NCBI GenBank assembly: GCA_965218795.1
Contig: OZ244653.1
Span: 2,432,001-2,496,000, forward strand
Direction: 5' to 3'
Length of the DNA: 64,000 bases
From: a bacterium
GTDB taxonomy: Bacteria; UBA8248; JACPRG01; G963555815
The position numbers and the translations under genes are program-made. Positions 39,699-50,430 of the stretch are shown here, piece after piece (within the stretch, counting starts at the first letter, position 1; each line of letters opens with the position of its first letter). The notes under the pieces were generated by a model. The model did not search any database. It was not told the origin of the DNA and saw nothing but the letters and a program-made list of their open reading frames with translations.

Positions 39699-40700
39699 AT
39701 GAATCAGTTACGCAGAAGTTCGCTATTCGTGTTCGTCATTCTGCTCGGCTGGGTTCTCGGTTCAGTGGGGAGCCCTGCGCCGGCACAGGCGCAAAAGCAC
39801 AGGTTTGCGATGATCCTGCCAGGACCCATCGAGGATTCAGACTACAACTTCAAAGGTTACGAAGTCGTCCTGGACGTCAAGCAGCGTTTCAATATCCCGG
39901 CCTCGTTCTCCGAGCGAATTTCTCCGCCGGACGCAGAACGCGTCGCGCGCGAGTACATCGCCTCCGGCCACAACATTGTCGCTTTCCACGGCGGGCAATA
40001 CATTCGGGTGATCAAGAAGATTGCACCCAAATTCCCGAATGTAAACTTCATCATGGAAAGCTCGGGGAAATTCCCCGTTCCCGGGAACGTCTGGAATATC
40101 GGTCGTCGGTACCCCGAAGCCTTGCACGCTTTCGGAATCCTCGCCGGCATGACAACGAAGAGCAACAAGGTGAGCGTGATTGCAGGGATTCCCCTTCCGG
40201 ACTTCAAAGGGTCCATCAATTCCATCTGGGACGCCATGAAGGAAGTCAACCCCAAGGCTGAACTCGTTTACGCCTTCACCGGAAACCAGAACGACCCGGT
40301 CAAGGCCCGCCAGACGGCTGAGGCCCAGATCGCATCGGGCGTCGACTTCATCATCAACCTGGTGAATCTCGGCGTGTACGGCGTCATCGAGGCGGCGAAG
40401 AAATCCAAGAAGCAGGTTCTCATCACCACCTATTACACGGATAAGTCAGACAAGGCTCCCAACCATTTCGCCGGCACGCTGCTCATCGATTTTCGCCTAC
40501 CCTACCGGGTAGCGATCGAGGGCATCCTCAAGGGCCAAAAAGGCGGATACGTATCGATGCGCCCGGGGAACGGCTTCGAGCTGGCCTCCCTGAACAACGT
40601 GTCCATCGAGGCGGCAAAAGCCACTGAGAAACGGTTTGGCCAAGTGGTCCGGAACGAGGTCAAGCCGCGTTATGAAGTCAAGGCCGTCAACCTGAGGTAG
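39699..40700 (+). CDS. BMP-family ABC substrate-binding protein
   Basis: Signal peptide, PGPIED, AGMTTKSNKV, NDPVKA. Confidence 0.9.
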   Translation: MNQLRRSSLFVFVILLGWVLGSVGSPAPAQAQKHRFAMILPGPIEDSDYNFKGYEVVLDVKQRFNIPASFSERISPPDAERVAREYIASGHNIVAFHGGQYIRVIKKIAPKFPNVNFIMESSGKFPVPGNVWNIGRRYPEALHAFGILAGMTTKSNKVSVIAGIPLPDFKGSINSIWDAMKEVNPKAELVYAFTGNQNDPVKARQTAEAQIASGVDFIINLVNLGVYGVIEAAKKSKKQVLITTYYTDKSDKAPNHFAGTLLIDFRLPYRVAIEGILKGQKGGYVSMRPGNGFELASLNNVSIEAAKATEKRFGQVVRNEVKPRYEVKAVNLR

Positions 40701-40826
40701 CCTTTTCGGGCTCGACGCGGCAGTGGGGCCGGGGTCTGTGGACCTTACGGGGCTGCTCCTCCGTCCCGGGTTCCGGGGAATGGATAGTGGCCCCGGAAGA
40801 CCCGGGACCGATTCATAAGGGGATTC

Positions 40827-42377
40827 ATGAACGAGGTTAGTCCGCCCAGGGTACAGATGAAAGGAATTCACAAGCGATTCGGCGAGGTCGTCGCCCTGGA
40901 CAACGTCAACTTCGAAGCCGAAAAGGGGGAGATTCACGCCCTGTTAGGGGAGAACGGCGCAGGTAAAACGACCCAGATGAACATCTTGAGCGGTCTCTAT
41001 CGGGCTGACACCGGCGAAATCCGGATCGACGGCCGGGAGGCTCCCATCCAGGCTCCCAGAGACGCCATCGACTTTCACATCGGCATGGTGCATCAGCACG
41101 TCGAGTTGATCGGAAACTTCTCCGCGCTGGAGAATATCCTCTTGGGCCGCGAGGGTTCGCGCTGGGTTCTGGATCTGGAGTCACAACGACACAAGGTGGA
41201 GGAAATCGCCTCCCGGTACGGGCTTTCGATTCCATTGGATGAGAAGGTCAAGTCCCTGCCCGTCGGCATCCAGCAAAAAATCGAGATTCTCAAGGCCCTC
41301 TACCGAGGGGCGGACACCCTGATTCTGGACGAGCCGACCACCATGCTGACGCCCCAGGAAGTGGACGCCCTCTTCGAGACCATTCGAGGGCTGGCCGATG
41401 GGGGTCTCACCGTTATCTTCATCACCCACAAGATCCGGGAGGTTCTGGCCACCTGCGATCGGATCAGCGTCTTCCGAGGCGGCAGGCGGGTCGGAACCAT
41501 CACCCGGGCTGAGGCCGACTACGAGACACTGGTTCGGATGATGGTCGGGGAGCGGGGTTTGCCGTCGGACGCCGAGCGCCCCCAGGCCGGGTCGGCTCTT
41601 CAGAATCCTCCCTGCTTCACCGTCCGGGGGATGAACGTGCGGTCCCACGACGGGATCCCGCTGCTCGAGGATATCTCCTTCGAAATCCCGCGCGGGACAA
41701 TCGTGGGGCTGGCCGGCGTTTCCGGTAACGGCCAGCGGGAGCTGGCCGAGGCCCTGGCCGGGCTGCTTCCCATTGAATCGGGGGAGATTATGCTCGACGG
41801 TCACGAGGTGAGCCGCCTGAGCGTGGCTGCCCGGATAGGCCTCGGGCTCACCCTGATCCCGCAGGACCGCATCGGCGAGGGGATTCTTCCCGCGCTCTCC
41901 CTGGCCGAGAACCTCGTCCTCGGCCTCCACCCATTCGTCTTCAAACGGGCGGGCATTTTCGAGCGGGCGACTGCCCGAGAGATGGCCCGAGAGACTATCC
42001 GGGAATACAACATTCTGGCCCGGGACGAGGAGGTTCCCTCGGCTCATCTCTCGGGGGGGAATATTCAGAAGGTCATCGTAGCCCGCGCCGTCCACCTGGC
42101 TCAACGAACGGGCTCCGTATTCCTGATTGCCAACAATCCGACGCGCGGACTGGACGTTAAAGCGGCGGCCTTCGTTCACGAACGTCTCCGGGAGCACCAG
42201 GCCAGAGAGGGCGGCGTTTTGCTTATCTCGGAGGACCTGGACGAATTGTGCGCCATGTGTCATCGGATCCTCGTGATTTTCTCCGGCGAGATTCTCGGAA
42301 GCTTTGACGGGCCGGAGTACGACGTCTATCAGGTAGGCGCCCTCATGGCCGGCGAGCGGGAAGATGCGAATCCATGA
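40827..42377 (+). CDS. Two-domain ABC ATPase (sugar/nucleoside type)
   Basis: GENGAGKT, LDEPT, LSGGNIQK, ISEDLDE. Confidence 0.95.
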   Translation: MNEVSPPRVQMKGIHKRFGEVVALDNVNFEAEKGEIHALLGENGAGKTTQMNILSGLYRADTGEIRIDGREAPIQAPRDAIDFHIGMVHQHVELIGNFSALENILLGREGSRWVLDLESQRHKVEEIASRYGLSIPLDEKVKSLPVGIQQKIEILKALYRGADTLILDEPTTMLTPQEVDALFETIRGLADGGLTVIFITHKIREVLATCDRISVFRGGRRVGTITRAEADYETLVRMMVGERGLPSDAERPQAGSALQNPPCFTVRGMNVRSHDGIPLLEDISFEIPRGTIVGLAGVSGNGQRELAEALAGLLPIESGEIMLDGHEVSRLSVAARIGLGLTLIPQDRIGEGILPALSLAENLVLGLHPFVFKRAGIFERATAREMARETIREYNILARDEEVPSAHLSGGNIQKVIVARAVHLAQRTGSVFLIANNPTRGLDVKAAAFVHERLREHQAREGGVLLISEDLDELCAMCHRILVIFSGEILGSFDGPEYDVYQVGALMAGEREDANP

Positions 42378-43450
42378 TCGCCGCCGAGGAAGGCCGGAGG
42401 GAGGAGCGCAGACAGAAGTATCTCTCCATCCTGGTGACCTATGCATTCGCGGGGATGCTCGCCCTGGTTATGGCCGCCCTGTTCGTTCTGGCTTTCGGGG
42501 GCAACGTTTGGGTGGCTTTTTTGACCGTTCTCAAGGCCAGCCTGGGCTCTTGGGGAGGATTCGCGCAAACCCTCAACAAGTTTTGTCCGCTCCTGCTGGG
42601 CTCTCTGGCGGTGGCCCTCGGGATGCGGGGCGGTTACTTCAACATAGGGGTGGACGGCCAGATCTACGTCGGGGCCGTCGGCATGACGGCCGTCGCCTTC
42701 GGCCTGAAGGGTTCCGGTCTGCCGTGGGGCCTGTTCGTTCCCCTCGGCCTTCTCGGCGGGATCCTGGCCGGCGCGTTCTGGGGGCTCATTCCGGGCTTCC
42801 TTCGCGTACGGTATCAGGTGAGCGAGATTTTCGTCACCGTGATGCTGAACTTCATCGCGTTTTATCTCGTGGATTATCTGGCCAACGGTCCATGGAACGA
42901 TCCCCTCGCCGGAGACGCCATCACCCATCCCATCCCGGATAACGCGGTGATGCCCGCGCTGATGACCCAGGCCGGGGCCCATACGGGAGTCCTGCTTGCG
43001 TTGGCGGGCACTGCGTTGATGGGTTTTTTGATGAGCCGGACCATCGTGGGCTATGAAATTCGAGCCGTTGGGGACAATCCGGTGGCGGCTCGATTTGGCG
43101 GCGTCAACATCAGGCGCATCACCTTGATCACCATGCCCATCTGCGGCGCCCTGTCCGGTCTCGCGGGCGCCATCGAGGTGTCCGGCTTCCATCAGGCCAT
43201 GATGCTGGGAATGACCGGGCCGGAGGGAGCCCCCCAATACGGCGCGATGGCAATTCTGATCGCCGTCATCGGGCGCAGGAACCCATTCGGCGTTACCATC
43301 GCCGCCGCTTTTTTCACCATCCTGCTCGTTGGTTCAGACTCTTTGCAGAGAAGCATCGGCCTCCCCTCCTCCGCCGTATTCGTATTTCAGGCCAGCACGG
43401 TTCTGGCCGTCCTCTACGTAGAGGCCAGACGGGGAATGAACAAGAAATAG
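42374..43450 (+). CDS. Nucleoside-type ABC transporter permease
   Basis: FNIGVDGQ, TVMLNFIA, GYEIRAVGDNPVAA. Confidence 0.93.
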   Translation: MIAAEEGRREERRQKYLSILVTYAFAGMLALVMAALFVLAFGGNVWVAFLTVLKASLGSWGGFAQTLNKFCPLLLGSLAVALGMRGGYFNIGVDGQIYVGAVGMTAVAFGLKGSGLPWGLFVPLGLLGGILAGAFWGLIPGFLRVRYQVSEIFVTVMLNFIAFYLVDYLANGPWNDPLAGDAITHPIPDNAVMPALMTQAGAHTGVLLALAGTALMGFLMSRTIVGYEIRAVGDNPVAARFGGVNIRRITLITMPICGALSGLAGAIEVSGFHQAMMLGMTGPEGAPQYGAMAILIAVIGRRNPFGVTIAAAFFTILLVGSDSLQRSIGLPSSAVFVFQASTVLAVLYVEARRGMNKK

Positions 43451-43829
43451 GCGGGCCTGTCTGGTTAGCAGCGGGTTACTCGAAGCCCGTCAATGTCAAG
43501 AGGGTGTCGGTCTCCCTGATGGACGGAATTGTGTTTGATAATTGACATCGGCTGACGCACCTTGGCACCTGGAGCGGTTGCGAGGGAAGGTGTCTACACC
43601 GATGTCGAACAAGCGCTCGAATACGAAAAGCCCACGATCGATCGGAATGGTGCGCGGCCTGCTCCAATCCCATCGTCCCATTTTTTTTGCAGAGCACGAT
43701 TTCTTGATGTTTGAATGCCGAGAAGTCGGTCATCCTGACTGACAGGCGCTCGTCCGTTGAGGTCACGGAGGTACGTAAAGGTGGGCGGGCCGGCTTCCAG
43801 CCCGCCATTGGATCTCGGCCCAGATGGCC

Positions 43830-43997
43830 GCCCTACCGAATCTCCAATGCTGTGATTCACGCCACGTCCCGGCCAAACGGGATCCAACCCAGGTTGAACT
43901 CGAATTTCTCGGCCGCGCGGATCGTCCCTGCAGTCAACGTCAGCAAGGCCAACCCCGCCATGACCTGAGCCGTCCGGGTCCAAAGTCGTTGTTTCAC
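43830..43997 (-). pseudogene. NMT1/THI5-like SBP N-terminal remnant
   Basis: Signal peptide then AAEKFEFNLGWIPFGRDVA*. Confidence 0.5.
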
Positions 43998-44025
43998 ACT
44001 CCGTTCCTTCAATCCGGAACCGGTC

Positions 44026-44943
44026 TCAGGAAGCCGCACTTTGTGCGATTGCATTCAGATGATAGATCTCCGGCCGCCTCGCCTTCAGAAAGGGAAGCTT
44101 CTCACGCCCTTTCACAATCTGGTCCATCGGAAGGGTTCCCCCGATGACACCTTCTTCCATGGAGGGGCCTTCGGCCAGCGTGTTCCCCGCGGGGCCGAGG
44201 ATGACCGCATGGCCGAAGTAGGGCGTGGCTTTTTCATCGAGCTCTTCCGTCCCGGCTTTGTTGGTCGCGACCACGAAGAGCTGATTTTCCAGGGCGCGGG
44301 TCCGGAGCTCCCACAGGGTCTGGTCCTCCCGTTCCGGGTACCAGGCGGGAATGCAACTGGGGACGAAGACGATCTCCGCCCCCTGGATGGCCAAGCTCCG
44401 CCAAGCCTCGGGAAAGCACCGGTCGTAGCAGATCAGCACGCCGACCGTCGCCTTCGGGGTATGAAACACCGGTAGGCCGTTCCCTGCAGTGAAGTAAAAG
44501 CTCTCCTGCAGGCCCGCCGCTTCCACGTCCGCGAGGTGGGTCTTCCGGTAGCAGGAGACCATTTCTCCGTTGGTCCGGGTTCCCTCCACGATCTCTCCCT
44601 CGGGGGAAAGGAGGACGACACTGTTGTAGTAGAGATCGCCCGACTTCTCGCACATGGGAAGGAGGATGGTGGTCTCTAGGGATTTCGCCAGTACTCCCAC
44701 GGCTTCCGTGCTGGGACCCGGGATGGGTTCCGCCCAGTTCAGGTGGACCGGGTTGTGGTGACCTCCGAAGTAAGGGGTCGTCGCCAGCTCGCTCAGAAGG
44801 ATGAAGTCCGGGCGATGCTCGCGCGTCCGTTCGACGAGACGCCGGATGGTTTTCAGGTTGTCTTCCGTCTCACCGGAGGCGGGCGGCAGCTGAACGGCGG
44901 ATATCCGGACCGTTCGCCCTTCTCCATCGGAGTGACACGCCAT
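44026..44943 (-). CDS. Carbon-nitrogen hydrolase (beta-ureidopropionase/N-carbamoylase-like)
   Basis: E (LSEL), K (YRKTHL), C (ICYDR) triad. Confidence 0.93.
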   Translation of the reverse strand: MACHSDGEGRTVRISAVQLPPASGETEDNLKTIRRLVERTREHRPDFILLSELATTPYFGGHHNPVHLNWAEPIPGPSTEAVGVLAKSLETTILLPMCEKSGDLYYNSVVLLSPEGEIVEGTRTNGEMVSCYRKTHLADVEAAGLQESFYFTAGNGLPVFHTPKATVGVLICYDRCFPEAWRSLAIQGAEIVFVPSCIPAWYPEREDQTLWELRTRALENQLFVVATNKAGTEELDEKATPYFGHAVILGPAGNTLAEGPSMEEGVIGGTLPMDQIVKGREKLPFLKARRPEIYHLNAIAQSAAS

Positions 44944-44968
44944 CAATCGGTCTCCTTATGAAAGCAGG

Positions 44969-46324
44969 CTAGAGACTCCGTGACAGGAATTTCCCTGTTC
45001 CGGGCTTCCCTGTAATCTTTCCGTCTTCGAAAACCACCTCACCCCGGACCATGGTGAGGGTGGGCCATCCCTTGAGCGTCATCCCCTCGAAGGGGGTGAA
45101 GTCTGCAATGTGATGCAGGATATCGTTGGTGACCGTGACCTCCTTGTCCGCGTCGACGATGACGATGTCCGCGTCGAAGCCGGTGCTCAGGAGGCCCTTG
45201 CCCTCCAGGCCGAAGAGCTTCGCCGTGTTGGCCGAGCAGATTTCCACCAGCCTCGACCAGGAGATGCGCCCACCGTTCACGCCCTCGCTCACCATGACCG
45301 GAAGGAAAGTCTCGATTCCCGCCATGCCGACGACGGCAGACCAGAATTCCTCCTTGAGGGCTTTGGTGCACGGGGCGTGATCCGTACCGACGTAGTTGAT
45401 GACCCCCTGCCGGATCCCGTCCCAGAGGGCGTCGTTGTCTTCTTCGGCGCGCAGTGGAGGATTCACCTTTCCCAAGATCCGATCGACATTGAACCGGGTC
45501 CGGGTCAGGTACTGGGGACAGGTCTCCGAATGCATGTTGACACCGAGATCCCAGGCTTTCTTCGTGATGTCCACCCCTTCCCGGATGGTCATGTGGACCA
45601 CGTAGCAGGTCGGGTGGGTTTCCTTGGCGAAGTTGATGATTCGGTACATCGACTCGGCCTCGTTGTAATTCGGCCGCGTGTCGTGCCAGTGAATTTTGTC
45701 TCCCGGACCCGTCTCGAGAATTTCCCCCTTCAGCTTGAAAAAGAGCTCGATGTTCTCACAGTGGAACATGGCGATGGCCTTGGGGCTCAGCCGGCCGATC
45801 TCGCGCATCCCCATAAACAACACCCCGTCGTCGATTCCGACCAGGGGCGGCACCGCCTCGGCGCCCCGGTACGGAACGAGGAACTTGAACGAGGTCACCC
45901 CCGCTTCGGCGGCCTTGGGGATTTCCTTCACCTGATCCATGGAGAAGATGGCCGCGTGAAAAGAACCGTCGATGAAACTGTTGGCTTCGAACACGGCCTT
46001 ATGCTTCTCAATTCCGCCCGTCAAGCTCTCGGGCTCCAGCATGAAGTGGAGGACGCACGTGACGCCGCTGGCCACTGCGTTGGAGGTGAACCGACATCCG
46101 TCCTCAAAGGAATGGATGGGCCAATCCATGTGGACATGGGGGTCGATGAAGCCCGGGAGGACGTAGTTTCCCCTAGCGTCGATCGTCCGGGCACCCTCCA
46201 GGGGACATTCTCCAGACCCCTGCGCCACGATTTTCTCCCCCTCGATCCCCAGCCAGCCGCCCTCCACCACGCCGGAGGGATGAACGACCTTTCCGTTCTT
46301 CACAACCGTGGCAACCTGCATCAC
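44969..46324 (-). CDS. Dihydropyrimidinase/allantoinase-family amidohydrolase
   Basis: IDPHVH, TSFK, HCEN, ETCPQYL, KVNPPLR, GTDHAP. Confidence 0.93.
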   Translation of the reverse strand: MMQVATVVKNGKVVHPSGVVEGGWLGIEGEKIVAQGSGECPLEGARTIDARGNYVLPGFIDPHVHMDWPIHSFEDGCRFTSNAVASGVTCVLHFMLEPESLTGGIEKHKAVFEANSFIDGSFHAAIFSMDQVKEIPKAAEAGVTSFKFLVPYRGAEAVPPLVGIDDGVLFMGMREIGRLSPKAIAMFHCENIELFFKLKGEILETGPGDKIHWHDTRPNYNEAESMYRIINFAKETHPTCYVVHMTIREGVDITKKAWDLGVNMHSETCPQYLTRTRFNVDRILGKVNPPLRAEEDNDALWDGIRQGVINYVGTDHAPCTKALKEEFWSAVVGMAGIETFLPVMVSEGVNGGRISWSRLVEICSANTAKLFGLEGKGLLSTGFDADIVIVDADKEVTVTNDILHHIADFTPFEGMTLKGWPTLTMVRGEVVFEDGKITGKPGTGKFLSRSL

Positions 46325-46778
46325 AACCTCCTTTCAAATGTAGAACCGGCGTCCTCGCCGCAAAACGAGTCCGCCGTTCACCGCCATGACCGAATCATGT
46401 GCAGGAGCCGGTCAGCTTCAGCGGACCGGGATGATTCATGCCTTTCGCTTCGGCAAGAATCACTGTGTATCCTCGTTCTGATGCACAGAAGATGGATCCC
46501 GGGACGGCCGACAATCTACGAAAACGGGCTGTTTCTGATGAACTGAAAGCCAGAACCCCACCTCCGGTGCAGGGCAGGTCTGCCGGAAGAAAGGCCCCCC
46601 GGTTCAATCCATGCCGGTCCCACGTTTGGAATCAGGACTTCTTGATCATATGACAGCCGGAGAAAAGGTGTCTAGCCAAAAGTTGACGGGCCTTCGGATC
46701 GGGCAATGATAGGCGGCCGCAGTCGGAGCGGAGAGTCATTCCGGGCGGAGAGCCGCGAGCGCTTTCCCGCAAGGCCGC

Positions 46779-47936
46779 TCAATGACTATGGGTCGTCAGT
46801 TTTTCGTCGAATAAATGGCCGGAGGCGAATCGCTCAATCGAAAGAGGGGAGATGTCGACCGAATGGGCTTTCCCATCGAGGATGAGTTCGGCCATCAGCT
46901 TTCCGGTCGCGGGACTGTGCATGAATCCGTGCCCGCTGAATCCATTCGCCGCCAGGAATCCCTCGACGCCCGGCACCGGACCCATGACGGCGTGGTTGTC
47001 GGGAGAGATTTCATAAGTCCCGGCCCACTGGGATGCAATCTTCGCCCCTTCCATCAAGGGGATGCGCTGACGGGCCTGCTCCACAGCCCACACCATTCCC
47101 TCCCAGTCCGTTGCGGTATTGTGGCTGGGCTCCTGATCCCGGGGACCGTAGAGGAGAAAGCCGTGGCCCTCGCGCCGGTAGGCCGTTCCCCGTTGGAGAT
47201 CGATGATGACGGGAACCACTCCCTCAATTTGGGGGATCGGATCGGAAACGAAGATCTGCCGGCGGAGCGGGGTCACCGGAATGTCGATGCCGATCATCCG
47301 GCCGACGTCCGCCGCGAAGGGGCCGCCTGCGTTGACGACGGTCCTCGTGGAGATATCGCCCTTTTCCGTATGGACGGCCCGGACCTGTCCCGATTCGATG
47401 TCGATTCCCGTCGCCGGGGTCCGCTGGTGGATATGGACACCCAGGTCCCGCGCGCGCCTCCGGTAACCCTCGATCACTTCGGCCGGCCCCATGAATCCGT
47501 CCCGTGCGCAGTAAGTCGCCCCCAGAATGTCATCCGTCTTGACATACGGCCAACGCTCCGCGACCTCCTCAGGGGTGAGAAGCTCCACGTCCCGGATACC
47601 GAGTCGGCTATAGATCTCCTGGTTCGCCTTGAACTGCTCCATCTGCGCTTCGGTTGAGGCCAACATGAGATATCCGACCCGACGGAACTCCGGGTCGACC
47701 CCGAACTCCTCCTCGAATCGGTCAATGATCGGAAAGGCCTCAAGGGAAAACCGGACGTTGACTTCGGTCGAAAAGTCCAGGCGCACACCCCCCGTGCAGC
47801 GCCCCGTGGACCCTTCGCCGAGGAAGTCCTTCTCCAGCAGGACAATGTCCTTCATGCCGCGCTTGGCCAGGTGATACGCCGTGCTGAGCCCCACGGCGCC
47901 GCCGCCGATGATGACGACTTCGGCCGTCTTCTCCAA
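46779..47936 (-). CDS. FAD-dependent oxidoreductase (sarcosine oxidase beta/DadA family)
   Basis: IIGGGAVG, GSTGR, WAGTYEISPD, GFSGHGFMHSP. Confidence 0.93.
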   Translation of the reverse strand: MEKTAEVVIIGGGAVGLSTAYHLAKRGMKDIVLLEKDFLGEGSTGRCTGGVRLDFSTEVNVRFSLEAFPIIDRFEEEFGVDPEFRRVGYLMLASTEAQMEQFKANQEIYSRLGIRDVELLTPEEVAERWPYVKTDDILGATYCARDGFMGPAEVIEGYRRRARDLGVHIHQRTPATGIDIESGQVRAVHTEKGDISTRTVVNAGGPFAADVGRMIGIDIPVTPLRRQIFVSDPIPQIEGVVPVIIDLQRGTAYRREGHGFLLYGPRDQEPSHNTATDWEGMVWAVEQARQRIPLMEGAKIASQWAGTYEISPDNHAVMGPVPGVEGFLAANGFSGHGFMHSPATGKLMAELILDGKAHSVDISPLSIERFASGHLFDEKLTTHSH

Positions 47937-48031
47937 GGAAGCCTCCTCATTTTGTTCCAAGCAGAGGGGCCGGACCGCCCGCTCCAATCCGGGGCGCTCC
48001 GGATTCCGGTGTCCGCCCGGCCTGCCGGGCT

Positions 48032-49033
48032 TTACAAAACCTGCGGAAAGATTTCCCGGCTAATCAGGTCAATCGTTTTTCGCGGCGAAGGGGTCGTCAG
48101 AAGCGGGACGGGAATCGTCACCCCGGCCTTCCGATAGGCCATCAGCCGTTCGCAGCATTCCTCGGGCGTTCCCGCGATGGCCAGGCGGTCCACCAGCTCG
48201 TCCGTGACCAGATGGACCGCCGGCTTTCCTTTCCCCACGGCCTCGATGAAGGGTTTGAGCTCTTCCTCGGTCGTTCCGCCTTGGGTGAACAGGGGATTCA
48301 CTCCGATGGCTCCGAGATAAAGCGCGATGAGCGGCTTAACCATCTCTTTGGCGGCGCGGGATTTCCGGTCGACGGCGAAAATGAAAAGGGTCACCGTCTC
48401 AAAATTCCGCAGGCCCTTGCCGGCCTTCTTCGCCCCCAGGGCCACGTGTTTTTTCACGAATTGGTGGTACTCGACGCTCGCCAGGGCGGAGAGAATCACC
48501 CCGTTTCCGATCTCCCCGCTCAGCTCCAGCATCCTCGGACCCATCGCGCCGATATAGAAAGGAATCTTCTTGCGAACGGGTTTGAACTCCAGGTTGACGT
48601 TGTGGATCCGGTAGTGCGTGCCCCGGTAGGACGAAGGGCCTCGGAGGATTTCGTCGAGAATTTCCTTGGTCTCCCGAATCCGCCCCAGCGTCCCCGCGTA
48701 CGTGTAGTCCATCTGCTCCATCCAATAACGGACGCCTCCCCCCACGCCGAAGATGATGCGGCCGCCGGACAGTTCGTCCAGCGTGGCGACGTCCATGGCG
48801 AGAAGGGCCGGATGGCGTGTGTAAGGATTGGTGATGCTGATGGCCAGCTGGACTTTTTGTGTGAGGTAGGCGGCCAGGGACGTGAATGTGAATCCGCTCC
48901 GAAAGAAGTAGTCGTCCGCCAGCCAGGCGCTTGTGAACCCCTTCCGTTCGGCATAGGCCACGTGCTCGGCGATTTCCCGGGCGGGGAAGACCCCCGTGAA
49001 ACAGATCCCCATCGACTTGTACCTTCGTGCCAT
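48032..49033 (-). CDS. LLM-class oxidoreductase (Mer-like, possibly F420-dependent)
   Basis: TNPYTRHPA, TLDELSGGR, IGAMGPRMLELSGEIG. Confidence 0.92.
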   Translation of the reverse strand: MARRYKSMGICFTGVFPAREIAEHVAYAERKGFTSAWLADDYFFRSGFTFTSLAAYLTQKVQLAISITNPYTRHPALLAMDVATLDELSGGRIIFGVGGGVRYWMEQMDYTYAGTLGRIRETKEILDEILRGPSSYRGTHYRIHNVNLEFKPVRKKIPFYIGAMGPRMLELSGEIGNGVILSALASVEYHQFVKKHVALGAKKAGKGLRNFETVTLFIFAVDRKSRAAKEMVKPLIALYLGAIGVNPLFTQGGTTEEELKPFIEAVGKGKPAVHLVTDELVDRLAIAGTPEECCERLMAYRKAGVTIPVPLLTTPSPRKTIDLISREIFPQVL

Positions 49034-49194
49034 GACGTTTCCTCCTTCCCCCGGGACGAATTCAGCGACTCTGACGGTGCGAGGTTCAAAGCTCCATCCG
49101 CCCGCCGCGGAAATGCCGCGGCGGAAGGGCCGAAGCTTCTTCCTATGCCGAGTCTCGGGTTTCAACCCATCACAGCGGACATCCGCCCCGAGCC

Positions 49195-50211
49195 TCAGAT
49201 CTTGCCCGCGAAGTGGGGCATCACTTCCTCTCCAAAGAGCCGGATGGACTTCATCACCTTTTCGTGAGGGATTCCGGGAAACTGCATGCGGAAGATGAGA
49301 TGGCGCGTCCCGAGCTCCGCGACGTATCGCTCGCATTCCCGGACGACATCCTCGGGCGACCCGATAATGAAACGTCTTCGGAGGGTTTCTATGGTCTCCT
49401 TAAAATCCCAGACCTCCCGGCCTTCATCATCCTGCAGATGACCCCAATTCAGATACTCTTTGTAGTTGTAGAGAACCCCGTCCTTGGAGTCCTCCCATGC
49501 CTGCTCCGTGGTGTCGCCGACAAAGCCTTCTTTGAAGAGCGGGTTCTCCAGGTCTTCAAAACGCCTGCCCACCTTCTTAAGCTCATCGCGGTAGGCCGCC
49601 ATCCGCTGCTTCAACACGCTGAAGGGCGTGACGGGGTCTCCGAACCACTCGTCGGCCAGACGCGCGGCCCGGCGGACGGGGTTCTCTGCTTTGGCGGCAA
49701 TCCAGATGGGTGGACTGGGCTTCTGCACCGGCCGGGGGGTCATGGTGACGTCCTTCAGGTTCCAGAAGCGCCCTTCGTGCGTCACGTTTTCCTCTGAGAG
49801 CAACCGGCGCACCAGCGGCACCCCTTCCTCGAACCGGACACCCCGCTGCTTCAACGGGACGCCGAAGGCATCGAACTCCTCTTGACGGTACCCGATGCCC
49901 AATCCCAGGATGAATCGGCCCTTGGAGATGTTATCCACCACAGCCGCGTCTTCGGCCACATTCAGGGGATGGTGGAGCGGGAGAAGGACGACCGCAGTGC
50001 CGAGTTTGATCCGAAAGGTCCGGATGGCGAGCGCCGCGCAGAACGGCATTACGGAAGGGAAGTAACCGTTGTCCACCAAGTGGTGTTCGCTGATGAAGGC
50101 CGACTCAAACCCGAGCTCGTCGGCCAACACGACTTGCTCGATCACATCCTGGCAGACCTGCTGCCAATCCCCCGTCAAGGACTGAACGCTGTAGACAAGC
50201 CCGAATCTCAC
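49195..50211 (-). CDS. LLM-class flavin-dependent oxidoreductase
   Basis: SEHH, LPLHHPLNVAED, GIGYRQEEF, PRPVQKP. Confidence 0.92.
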   Translation of the reverse strand: MRFGLVYSVQSLTGDWQQVCQDVIEQVVLADELGFESAFISEHHLVDNGYFPSVMPFCAALAIRTFRIKLGTAVVLLPLHHPLNVAEDAAVVDNISKGRFILGLGIGYRQEEFDAFGVPLKQRGVRFEEGVPLVRRLLSEENVTHEGRFWNLKDVTMTPRPVQKPSPPIWIAAKAENPVRRAARLADEWFGDPVTPFSVLKQRMAAYRDELKKVGRRFEDLENPLFKEGFVGDTTEQAWEDSKDGVLYNYKEYLNWGHLQDDEGREVWDFKETIETLRRRFIIGSPEDVVRECERYVAELGTRHLIFRMQFPGIPHEKVMKSIRLFGEEVMPHFAGKI

Positions 50212-50430
50212 GGATGCGTCCTCCTTGCCTTCGCCCTCAGTGTAGCCTCGGCGTCGTCCCGCAATTCGGCGAGGGCACACTCCCAGAGCGGAGGCCCGGA
50301 AACCCGCTGGATCACGGGAAAATGTAGCAGTTAAACCTAGAATCGAGTGTAACAAAAGGGGGCGGGCCGGTCAACGATGAATTATTTCTGGGGATCCCGG
50401 TTTTGGTCGGCAGTCTCGTCCCGTTGCAGC

